In this document: piece by piece, positions 1 to 8,190 of the stretch
Layout: every line of letters begins with the position of its first letter
Numbering within the stretch: position 1 is the stretch's first letter
Source: a virus
Taxonomy: Duplodnaviria; Caudoviricetes
Virus record (IMG/VR): IMGVR_UViG_2061766007_002855
Location: 16,722 to 80,721 of that record
DNA length: 64,000 nucleotides
Direction: 5' to 3' (one strand)
Made by a program: the position numbers and the translations under genes
The notes under the pieces: model-generated
What the model was told of the DNA's origin: nothing
What the model saw: only the letters and a program-made list of their open reading frames with translations
The model's database searches: none

Positions 1-109
1 AGTCTGTTTCTTTCACCGATTAAACTGATGATTGTTTCCATGAAGAGGATGTCTTCATTTTCAAATTCTAGGACAAACTGATTTTTATTTTTAACTCCGT
101 AGATTCCAA

Positions 110-688
110 TCATTTTTCCACTCCTTGTCTGAAATCTTTTTTGCTGAACCTGTAATGTGCATGTTGGAATGTTGATTTGCTTATCCAATCTGTTTTTAAT
201 GTTGGCATGTAATAGCCGAATTTATCGCAGAATTCCATTATCAGTTTTGGTGGGATTGGATGTTCGTATCTGCCTCTGACTTTCACAACATCTTGATCCA
301 CATCAAATTCTATCATGTCTGCATGGCCTTGGAAGAATTCACGTATTTTTTCCTCATATCTTTTGACATCATTTTCATATCTTTTTTTAGATTCATAGAT
401 TTGATAATGCCAGTTTTGATATTTGGTTGATTCTTCATTGGCTTCTAACACTCTAAATTCTTTTAATAGTGTTGCAATATCTTTACCGAACATTTCTGCC
501 ATGATTTCTTTGTCTATTGCATCAGGTATTTTCAAGATGGTTACTCTGACATAAGCATGCATTAATTGATTACTTATTTCAACTGAGTAATAGTCATCTG
601 GTTCACCATCATTTGCTAGTCTTCCGAGATACATGCTATATAGGAATGCTATGAATGATTTGTCATCTGTTACTTCACTTAATTTCAT
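110..688 (-). CDS. hypothetical protein
   Basis: 192-aa ORF in tightly packed co-oriented early operon. Confidence 0.75.
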   Translation of the reverse strand: MKLSEVTDDKSFIAFLYSMYLGRLANDGEPDDYYSVEISNQLMHAYVRVTILKIPDAIDKEIMAEMFGKDIATLLKEFRVLEANEESTKYQNWHYQIYESKKRYENDVKRYEEKIREFFQGHADMIEFDVDQDVVKVRGRYEHPIPPKLIMEFCDKFGYYMPTLKTDWISKSTFQHAHYRFSKKDFRQGVEK

Positions 689-867
689 TTAGATTCCTCC
701 AATGGAATTGCAATTAAGGTTTTTTTAAATCCATTTTCTTTTAAGTGTTTAAATGCTTCTGATGGTTCTTTTATGCTTTGAGCGAAATCATCGAACATTA
801 CTCTTGTAAGGTAGGAACAAACACGTCCCATTATTTCTTCCACTTCTTTATCATCTTCTTTAAACAT
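685..867 (-). CDS. hypothetical protein
   Basis: 60-aa ORF, 4-nt overlap with neighbour. Confidence 0.65.
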   Translation of the reverse strand: MFKEDDKEVEEIMGRVCSYLTRVMFDDFAQSIKEPSEAFKHLKENGFKKTLIAIPLEESK

Positions 868-870
868 ATG

Positions 871-1134
871 CTAATCTCCCCATTCTTGAAGTTCTTCTCC
901 TTTATAATGGATTTCAAGTTCCGGATAAGCTTTTTTCAACTCTCTTAAATGTATAAGAGCAAACATCTCAGATTGATACTTATAATACTCTTTTTTGTTA
1001 GTTAATTTCCAATCGTAATAATTCTCAATGATAAAATCACGAACAGTGATTAAACCTAAGAATATTACGGCACTTGCTCCGATTATGCAAACTAACGCAC
1101 CTATCCACATTAAAATCTCAGAGAGCATCTTCAA
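871..1134 (-). CDS. hypothetical protein with N-terminal TM helix
   Basis: Hydrophobic ILMWIGALVCIIGASAVIFLGLI segment. Confidence 0.7.
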   Translation of the reverse strand: MKMLSEILMWIGALVCIIGASAVIFLGLITVRDFIIENYYDWKLTNKKEYYKYQSEMFALIHLRELKKAYPELEIHYKGEELQEWGD

Positions 1135-1360
1135 TCTCCTCTTCTAATTCGATGGGATATTCAACTTTGTTTATGATTCTAACTTGACCGTCAGGTTCAA
1201 CTAATTCAAATCCAAATGGTATTGCATAACAATCTTTGAATTCTTTTTGGATTGCGTTGCCTAATCTTTGAGTTATTTCATCAATATTTTTTGAGAGGCC
1301 TATGCCGTCTTTGTCAGGAAGTCTTATTACTACCCCATATAGTACATCATAATTGTTCAT
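1118..1360 (-). CDS. hypothetical protein
   Basis: 80-aa ORF, operon packing. Confidence 0.7.
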   Translation of the reverse strand: MNNYDVLYGVVIRLPDKDGIGLSKNIDEITQRLGNAIQKEFKDCYAIPFGFELVEPDGQVRIINKVEYPIELEEEIEDAL

Positions 1361-1641
1361 TTTTCCAACACCCTAATTCTTTCTTTTAATCTACGTATTT
1401 TAGCTTCTAATATTCTTTGATATTCTTTCCTGTTTTCGTCATGTGCTTTAAGATTTTTAATCTTATTTTCTAATCTTAAATAATCCTGATACTCTTCATT
1501 ACCATGAATTGCAACATTAATAGCGTCCTGTTCATTTTTAAAATGAAGTAGTGGGACACCAAATTTAAACACATGATAATATTCATCATCTTTGAATTGG
1601 CCTACTGTATAAGGTTCATTCATAGTATAATGTTTTTTCAT
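1357..1641 (-). CDS. hypothetical protein, C-terminal coiled coil
   Basis: 94-aa ORF, GGAGG RBS upstream, 4-nt overlap. Confidence 0.7.
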   Translation of the reverse strand: MKKHYTMNEPYTVGQFKDDEYYHVFKFGVPLLHFKNEQDAINVAIHGNEEYQDYLRLENKIKNLKAHDENRKEYQRILEAKIRRLKERIRVLEK

Positions 1642-1817
1642 TTCTTTGCCTCCTTAAAAACACTTCCAATTGGAGCAAAACATTCTACATAAGCCGGTTG
1701 ACAATCCTCTTCGAATTCTCCCCAATTGGTGCATTCCATTTCCTTTTCATCATACCAGTCACAATCTTTATGTTGTTTATCTGGTAAGCAATGAAGATCA
1801 TCTGCATTTATCTTCAT
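1638..1817 (-). CDS. small acidic Cys-containing protein (59 aa, not in ORF track)
   Basis: Hand translation MKINADDLHCLPDKQHKDCDWY...EAKK*; fills the gap and overlaps both neighbours by 4 nt. Confidence 0.6.
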   Translation of the reverse strand: MKINADDLHCLPDKQHKDCDWYDEKEMECTNWGEFEEDCQPAYVECFAPIGSVFKEAKK

Positions 1818-2539
1818 AATCCCACAACTTTTTCCGCTGCAGGCATATCAGTTTCATAAATATGCAAACTGCTGCAATTGTAATAAATTCCCTTGAAGAT
1901 TAGTCCTGGATAAGTTTCCCTTAATTTATCCACTAAATATAATCCGATATGATTGATGAATAACATATTAGAGGGCCATGCTCCGTAACAATCATTTGAC
2001 CTGAAGATGATTGTTAATGTTAATTCATTGTTTCGGATTAATGCTTGAATCCAATTTAAGCAAGGGATGTGTTCTTCAATACAATCTAACCCCACATTAT
2101 ATAATGTTGCTACTGCCCTGTTACTTCCAGAGTTTTCTTCTAATCTTTCAATCATTGTTTGTAATTGATTGTATTCTCCAATTTCCCCAGTAACTTTATC
2201 AACAGTAACATAATCCATTAATCTTTGAGGATATGTGTAAATAAAGCTAGATTCATTTTCTACATCTATTCCAGTTATCATTGCTGGGTCATTAAGTGAT
2301 GCTACATAATCATGTAATGCTTCTCCACTCATGGGATAATCTTTAATGTTATATGCTCCTTTTTTAATTCCTTTCAGGAATTCATCAGGAGATATGTATA
2401 TTGGTATTTGCAGGAATTGGTTTGGTATGAATTCATGCACTCCAATTATCTCACGGATTGGACTATCATCTTTTGTGTGTTCATGGCCTTTTGTAATGAC
2501 CTCTTTCAATAATTTTTTCCAGATTGTTTCAAGACTCAT
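1814..2539 (-). CDS. thyA: thymidylate synthase (ThyA family)
   Basis: Catalytic PC (HIPCLNW), FRSND, WPSN (Asn, dUMP-type) and SSLHIYE motifs. Confidence 0.85.
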   Translation of the reverse strand: MSLETIWKKLLKEVITKGHEHTKDDSPIREIIGVHEFIPNQFLQIPIYISPDEFLKGIKKGAYNIKDYPMSGEALHDYVASLNDPAMITGIDVENESSFIYTYPQRLMDYVTVDKVTGEIGEYNQLQTMIERLEENSGSNRAVATLYNVGLDCIEEHIPCLNWIQALIRNNELTLTIIFRSNDCYGAWPSNMLFINHIGLYLVDKLRETYPGLIFKGIYYNCSSLHIYETDMPAAEKVVGL

Positions 2540-2721
2540 CTTCTAACCTCTTTTAATGTTAATGTTCGACCGCCGATTAAACCGAGAATTAAAAACATTA
2601 GCCACATGGCCATTGCTGTGAAACCATTATTTGTAATGGTCCAATCAATGGAATAGGATAATATTGTTGTAATTACCCAGAATATGAATATCCCAAGGTA
2701 TAGTTTGTCATAATCGTTCAT
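2536..2721 (-). CDS. small membrane protein
   Basis: Two hydrophobic segments in 61 aa. Confidence 0.65.
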   Translation of the reverse strand: MNDYDKLYLGIFIFWVITTILSYSIDWTITNNGFTAMAMWLMFLILGLIGGRTLTLKEVRR

Positions 2722-3077
2722 GATTTCACCTCATAGAATCGGTGTTCATTTTTACCTGGTATACGGTTAACACCTAATTTTTTACAGATACTGTCAACTT
2801 TCTTCTGTTTCCAACCCGTATTGATTAATTCATCACGGACTAATTGTGCGTCTTTTAATGTGGAGTAAATGCCATAATAGTAAGTTGACTTGAGTATTTT
2901 CTTTTTGATGTAATAGTTTGATCCTCTTTTTTCAATGTATTTCCATTTAGGGTCGCATCTTATTTCATCAGGGTATTCTTTAGAAAATAAGGTTTTGAGA
3001 TTGGTGTTGTGCTTGATTAGGCATTCTTCCAATCCCATTCCTGCTCGTAGGTCTTCTGTTATTTCAATGGGTATCAT
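2718..3077 (-). CDS. AP2-like DNA-binding domain protein
   Basis: KYIEKRGSNYYIKK...YYGIYSTLKDAQLVRD resembles the AP2/integrase-DBD three-strand-plus-helix pattern. Confidence 0.55.
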   Translation of the reverse strand: MIPIEITEDLRAGMGLEECLIKHNTNLKTLFSKEYPDEIRCDPKWKYIEKRGSNYYIKKKILKSTYYYGIYSTLKDAQLVRDELINTGWKQKKVDSICKKLGVNRIPGKNEHRFYEVKS

Positions 3078-3550
3078 TCATCATACTCCCAGTCACCGCA
3101 ATAATCATCAAGAGCAGTCATTTCTCCAGATACCATACATACTGAATCTTTCTGAAATTTGCAGTTGCTACATGTAGGAACATTTGCTCTTGCAAATTCC
3201 AATTCATTGCGGTACTTTGTGATATGCACTTGACCATATCCGCAGTCTTTATGTTTATCACAGAATTCATTTGCGAAGGATTCACTATCCACAAAAGCAA
3301 CATGATGACGGACATCCCCATCCTTAGAATATCTGAATATTTCATAGATTGGTTTTGATACCATGCCTCTTTTGAATGCAGTTAATTCTCCATGTAATCT
3401 GCGGATAGTCTTGTTCTTATCATTCAAGATATGAGACAAAGTATGTGATGCCTCTTCAGCAGGACAATAATATGTCCTGTCATGTTCTTCATCTACGATG
3501 ATGTAGTGGTGGTTGTTTTCCAGTTCTGCATAGTATTCTCTAGTACTCAT
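3074..3550 (-). CDS. hypothetical protein with C-terminal Cys cluster
   Basis: CSNCKFQKDSVC...YCGDW. Confidence 0.7.
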   Translation of the reverse strand: MSTREYYAELENNHHYIIVDEEHDRTYYCPAEEASHTLSHILNDKNKTIRRLHGELTAFKRGMVSKPIYEIFRYSKDGDVRHHVAFVDSESFANEFCDKHKDCGYGQVHITKYRNELEFARANVPTCSNCKFQKDSVCMVSGEMTALDDYCGDWEYDE

Positions 3551-3873
3551 TTCATTTCCCCCTCCCCGAGATCATTTAATTCTGTTCTGGTTTTTCCTTT
3601 AATTGTAGGAATTAAACTTATTATTTCACATCCTAAAGGAGTAATCTGATATACTCTGCCTTTGTGTGCTTCTTCATTAATACAAACGATTAGGTCATGA
3701 GTTTTTAATTCCTTTAAGGTTTTGCTAATATGATTGCTTCGAACATGGCATTTTTCAGCAATATATTTTGGAATCATAGTTCCATTCTCATTTAAAACTG
3801 TTAATGCTTTTTCACGATATGTTGATGTGATAACATATGCTGCTAAGCTTAATTTTTCTTCTTTACTTATCAT
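3547..3873 (-). CDS. winged-helix (MarR-like) transcriptional regulator
   Basis: PKYIAEKCHVRSNHISKTLKELKTHDLIVC...GRVYQITPLG wHTH pattern. Confidence 0.75.
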   Translation of the reverse strand: MISKEEKLSLAAYVITSTYREKALTVLNENGTMIPKYIAEKCHVRSNHISKTLKELKTHDLIVCINEEAHKGRVYQITPLGCEIISLIPTIKGKTRTELNDLGEGEMK

Positions 3874-3874
3874 T

Positions 3875-4225
3875 TTATACTCCGATTACGTCTCCAAATT
3901 CTACGATTTGTTCTAAATCCCAATTACATGCTATGCAGATGTCTCTTTCGTCTCTTGCTTTTTGTAAATCTTTGAAAGTTCCGAAATAATTTAATACTCC
4001 ACTTATTCTTTTGCGGACAATATAAGAGCCTTCTTGTTCACAGATATATCGATTGTCTCTGTTCCTGAAATGTGGATTTACCATCCACTTTTTACCCATA
4101 TAGTAGGCCCTGTATAGTTTGGCTTCTTCAAGTGTGTTGAAGCTTCCCCAGTATAATAGTACTCCTCCGATTCGTTTGCGGATTTCATATTTCCCATTTT
4201 TATTTTTGTAAATGTATCTCACCAT
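3875..4225 (-). CDS. tandem AP2-like domain protein
   Basis: Two repeats: YEIRKRIGG..YWGSFNTLEEAKLYR and YIVRKRISG..YFGTFKDLQKARDER. Confidence 0.6.
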   Translation of the reverse strand: MVRYIYKNKNGKYEIRKRIGGVLLYWGSFNTLEEAKLYRAYYMGKKWMVNPHFRNRDNRYICEQEGSYIVRKRISGVLNYFGTFKDLQKARDERDICIACNWDLEQIVEFGDVIGV

Positions 4226-4353
4226 TCAATCCCCTCACATGTTACTGTGATTATTGGTATTTCAACACCGTCTTCCATGAGCTTTTTACGTGTTGGCCGT
4301 GGTAGCTCTTCAGGCATTAAGTCTGCTACATTAACATAAAAATCTGGATTCAT
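4219..4353 (-). CDS. small hypothetical protein (44 aa, not in ORF track)
   Basis: Hand translation MNPDFYVNVADLMPEELPR...EW*; fills gap, GAGGT RBS. Confidence 0.45.
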   Translation of the reverse strand: MNPDFYVNVADLMPEELPRPTRKKLMEDGVEIPIITVTCEGIEW

Positions 4354-4361
4354 ATGCAACC

Positions 4362-4712
4362 TCACTTTTTTTCTCTGAAGTGGAATTTCCAAACATGTTT
4401 CACATTATATTCAATACGGGAGACTTCTTCTCCAGTTATTGGAGTTAATATTTCCTGATGGTGTATTCTGATACATTGGACTTGGAATGTTTCTTCGAAG
4501 TCACGTAAGTGTTTTTCAAATTCCATTGTGGTTGTGATTGTGAAGTGATCCATTGTTAATGTGTCGATTAAGTCAATTGGTTGCATTAACATTAATCCTT
4601 CATGTTCCCTGAAGTATTCTTCTACTGCTGTTTTAAATGCTAAGTCTTTGCTTAGCAAGTCACTTTTCGCTTCTAAATATTCACTATATAAACTCATAAT
4701 TTCACCTTTCAT
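4362..4712 (-). CDS. hypothetical protein
   Basis: 116-aa ORF; true start probably the internal Met after GGTGA. Confidence 0.7.
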   Translation of the reverse strand: MKGEIMSLYSEYLEAKSDLLSKDLAFKTAVEEYFREHEGLMLMQPIDLIDTLTMDHFTITTTMEFEKHLRDFEETFQVQCIRIHHQEILTPITGEEVSRIEYNVKHVWKFHFREKK

Positions 4713-4823
4713 TCCACATCCAACAACTACCTACTTTCTCTATTAAATCATCTCTTAGCACACATGTTCTTTTGTCAAAACAATGTTTGCAATTGAGACA
4801 TGATTTTGATTCATTATCTTTTT

Positions 4824-5165
4824 TCATTTCTGTTTCAACTCCAATTGTAAAACATATTTCTCAAAACTAATACGATTATCAATTAACTCCAAATCCTTAC
4901 GGATAAGCATAGTATTCTGTTTAGATAATTCATAATCATCAGTTAACTCAGGATACTTTTCATCAACATATGCTTGAATCTGTTTCTCAGTAGGAGCTTT
5001 AGATAACTCATATTCCTCTTTAACCTTGTCGGGATTTAATTTAACTTTATTACTTTTGTGAAGTAATTCTAATTTCAATGATGTTTCACTATTGATTGCA
5101 TCTTTTAATTCCTTGATTTTAGCTTCTTTTTCATCTAATAATTTATCAAAATTTGTTACAGGCAT
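4824..5165 (-). CDS. coiled-coil hypothetical protein
   Basis: ORF 4824-5231; start placed at MPVTNF (5165) after GGAGTGA RBS and abutting the upstream stop. Confidence 0.7.
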   Translation of the reverse strand: MPVTNFDKLLDEKEAKIKELKDAINSETSLKLELLHKSNKVKLNPDKVKEEYELSKAPTEKQIQAYVDEKYPELTDDYELSKQNTMLIRKDLELIDNRISFEKYVLQLELKQK

Positions 5166-5671
5166 TATATCACTCCATATAAGTGTAATGAATTCACGAT
5201 TGCAAATATGAATAATAATATAGTAACGCACATGAAGATGGTTAAAATAGTATCCCCATATCTGTAATGGAATGAATTTTCAATTTTCATCTGCATAATC
5301 TCATGACAAATTTCAACTTTTTCATGTAAGGTTTTCGCTTGATCCCTTGTGATGACTTCACGATACTCCTCTAGTGCATCATGGCCCAATTGGACAACTA
5401 GTTCAATCGGTGCATTTTCCATGTATTGTTTTGCATCATGAGCAAATACCATGAAACTTTTGCAGCCTAATCCTCCAAAGAGATATTCATGATTTTCATC
5501 AAGATTCTTTTCAGGGGATAATAAGATTACTGCTTCTTCATCTGTTGTTGGATTATAACTCATTACTCCATAGTATCCAGTATTGAATTTAACTAGTTTG
5601 AAGTGTAGTTCTTTGTCCATTTCTTCTGTTTTGATTACTTTGTAATCTTCTGGAGAATATTCGATTTCCAT
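5165..5671 (-). CDS. hypothetical protein with C-terminal TM helix
   Basis: 168 aa; TILTIFMCVTILLFIFAIV. Confidence 0.7.
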   Translation of the reverse strand: MEIEYSPEDYKVIKTEEMDKELHFKLVKFNTGYYGVMSYNPTTDEEAVILLSPEKNLDENHEYLFGGLGCKSFMVFAHDAKQYMENAPIELVVQLGHDALEEYREVITRDQAKTLHEKVEICHEIMQMKIENSFHYRYGDTILTIFMCVTILLFIFAIVNSLHLYGVI

Positions 5672-7524
5672 TATTTTGCCTCCACTCTTGGAACTCTACG
5701 TACACGCCTAACCCGTCTAACCTCTTGTTTTTTAGGAACATAACCTTCAACAGCTTCCAGGAAATATTCATTAAACAGGTATCCATAATCATTGAGTAAT
5801 CTATCAAAATCAGAATCTAATACATAAGTAGTGCAGTAATCATCTTTGTCACGTATGCCACGGCCGTAAGCTTGCATCAGAGGCATTACTGTCTGATAGA
5901 TATACCAGACATTATCGTATCGTTTACGGATATTGACTTGTGCCCCGCTTAAGTTTGGGAATGGCATTTTGAAGATTATTTGGAATCGGCATTTATCTCC
6001 TTTGAAATCTACACCATCTTTGATTCCTGCTCCAATTAGGACCATGTTGTTTTCATCATCTTCGAAGTCTTGGATTGCTTGTTCACGGCCTTTACCATAT
6101 GCAATCTTAAACCATCTGCGTGTGTAGTTGGCTAATTCGTTTCTAATGTACCATGCTTGTTCATTACTGGATACATGGATAACGCCTTTTTCATCTTTAT
6201 GGTCTTCGAGTATGTCATAGATTTTAATTAAAGCATCTTCGTTTTTCCAATTAGGAATATTCAATTTCCGATTGAATCCACTCATGCTTCCAGCATAGTC
6301 ACGGATGATTGGTCTGTTCTCTATTGAGAATGGTGATTTCTGGTAGATGTAATAGGTTTCTTTTGGATCAATACCTAACCAGTTACAGAACTTATCCTTG
6401 GACCCAAGAGTTCCGGTCATGAATAGTCTTGTTTCACCAAAATGGAATAATGATTCACCATAATCAGCTATTGTTAATGGTTTGAATTCAACAGTTAATC
6501 CTTTAACTTTCTGATTAGATACATATGAATGGTCTTCAAGGATAGCTTTCTTTGTTGGTAATTCTATAATCCATTTTTCTTCTTTAAGAGATTTGATGAG
6601 ATTATCATACTTTTCAATATCTTTAGTGTAGTTTTTTACTACATCATCATTTTCCAATAGTTGTTTTAAAACAAGGCTGTTGTCTATTTCACCATATTCG
6701 TTTTTGATATAATTGTTCCGTCTTACATTGATAGTTTCTATTAGTTTGTTACAAACTCCAATCCAGTATTTTGGTTCGCTTATATCTTTTAGTTTCAATC
6801 CGTGTTCGGTGATTCCATCGAAGATGTCTAATTCATAATCACGGTATATTGTTTTCCTGTTAAGGTTTACTGTGATTAATTGCATGATCTTCTTTTCAAG
6901 ATTATGTGCTTCATCAAGAATTAGCAAATCTCTTTCAGGTAATATTTGCGCATAGTTTCCTGCAATGTATAAGTAATCATAATTACTGATTACATTTTCT
7001 CCTTTCAATGCTTCCTTTAATGCTGCTATGTATGGACAGACTGAGTAAACTGCTGGGGCTTTACTTTCGTCTTTTTTACCGCATAGGTTGATGAGTGTTG
7101 GTTTTTGTGGTTTGGCGTATTGGTTTGGATTGTTATTGTAATCTTTTAGTGCTTGGTTGTAGTTTCTCATCATTGTATTGTTTTCTTCTTTGATGTGGCA
7201 ATTATCACAACAGCCTTTGAAATTACAATGGTAGTTTCCACGACCTTTAATTTCCTTGACCATATAATCAAAATCATGAATGTATTGGTGAAGTAACTGA
7301 TTGGTCATGGTGACAATATAACTGTTGTCTACAAAGTTTGCGATTGTTGTTGCAATAGCTGACTTGCCAGTGCCGGTTCCTGCTTCCAGGATAATGTTTT
7401 TGTAACCGTTTTCCATTGCAGTTAATATTTCAAGGATAATTTTTTCTTGTTCTGGTCTTGGATCATATCCGAGTAGGCTCCAGTTATCCCATAACTTTTT
7501 TGAGTAGTTCTTCAATTTCCTCAT
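5671..7524 (-). CDS. DinG/XPD-like SF2 DNA helicase
   Basis: Walker A EAGTGTGKS, ILDEAHN, Cys cluster (CNFKGCCDNC...CPY), motif VI QAYGRGIR. Confidence 0.9.
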   Translation of the reverse strand: MRKLKNYSKKLWDNWSLLGYDPRPEQEKIILEILTAMENGYKNIILEAGTGTGKSAIATTIANFVDNSYIVTMTNQLLHQYIHDFDYMVKEIKGRGNYHCNFKGCCDNCHIKEENNTMMRNYNQALKDYNNNPNQYAKPQKPTLINLCGKKDESKAPAVYSVCPYIAALKEALKGENVISNYDYLYIAGNYAQILPERDLLILDEAHNLEKKIMQLITVNLNRKTIYRDYELDIFDGITEHGLKLKDISEPKYWIGVCNKLIETINVRRNNYIKNEYGEIDNSLVLKQLLENDDVVKNYTKDIEKYDNLIKSLKEEKWIIELPTKKAILEDHSYVSNQKVKGLTVEFKPLTIADYGESLFHFGETRLFMTGTLGSKDKFCNWLGIDPKETYYIYQKSPFSIENRPIIRDYAGSMSGFNRKLNIPNWKNEDALIKIYDILEDHKDEKGVIHVSSNEQAWYIRNELANYTRRWFKIAYGKGREQAIQDFEDDENNMVLIGAGIKDGVDFKGDKCRFQIIFKMPFPNLSGAQVNIRKRYDNVWYIYQTVMPLMQAYGRGIRDKDDYCTTYVLDSDFDRLLNDYGYLFNEYFLEAVEGYVPKKQEVRRVRRVRRVPRVEAK

Positions 7525-8005
7525 CCTCTTCTGTGTCTATGTAAGGTAGGAAGTTTTCTTCTATGTATTTCCAGTTGTCGAAGATGTATGCTTTTGTTTT
7601 GTCTTTTGCATATTCGAACATGCAGTCTTCCATTACTAGTTCGAGTTCTTTTTGGGTTAGGTTTAGGACTTTGCATGCGTTTTCCATGTTGTGTGGTTGG
7701 TATCTTTGTGTGAATTTGTAGTCTTTCCAGATACTTAGCCATGCCATGGTTTTGTTTTCTTCGTGTACTTTTTCTATGTGTTTGTTTTCGTAGTCTACGT
7801 TCATTAGTAGGTGAATGTTGAGTTTTGCACGGTGGAAGTCTTCCCATGCTTTCCTTAATTCTTCACCTCTTTGTTCATCGTTTTCTGTTGTGAATTGGAA
7901 ATATGCGTTTAAACATTCTTCAACAAATTTACTTAGGTTTGGAATGTGTTCTTTTGCTAATTCCAGTAGCTCTTTGTCTATTGAGATGTTTGTTCTCTCT
8001 TTCAT
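7484..8005 (-). CDS. ribbon-helix-helix domain protein
   Basis: N-terminus MKERTNISIDKELLELAKEHIPNLSKFVEECL; GGTGGTGA RBS. Confidence 0.7.
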   Translation of the reverse strand: MKERTNISIDKELLELAKEHIPNLSKFVEECLNAYFQFTTENDEQRGEELRKAWEDFHRAKLNIHLLMNVDYENKHIEKVHEENKTMAWLSIWKDYKFTQRYQPHNMENACKVLNLTQKELELVMEDCMFEYAKDKTKAYIFDNWKYIEENFLPYIDTEEDEEIEELLKKVMG

Positions 8006-8029
8006 TGTTTTTTCACCACCTTTATAAGT

Positions 8030-8163
8030 TAATACTTTTTTTCTTATAGAGTAATACTTTTTTAGAGGTTAACCCTTAAAAAAAGTGTCACCCCCTAAAG
8101 CATATCATACACATTGTGTACCATACACACGATTTGTGTGTACTATACACAATACACACGATT
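8030..8163. repeat. cluster of direct and inverted repeats (candidate origin or RHH operator)
   Basis: TAATACTTTTTT at 8030 and 8052; ATACACACGATT at 8123 and 8152; palindromes TACACA-T-TGTGTA (8108-8120) and TACACAC-GATTT-GTGTGTA (8124-8142). Confidence 0.7.
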
Positions 8164-8190
8164 CTGAAAATTCTCCTTAGCAATAAATTT

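Noticed and set aside
8090-8100. ACCCCCTAAAG shared with 19512-19522
   Set aside because: Single 11-mer pair with no further similarity; not distinguishable from chance.
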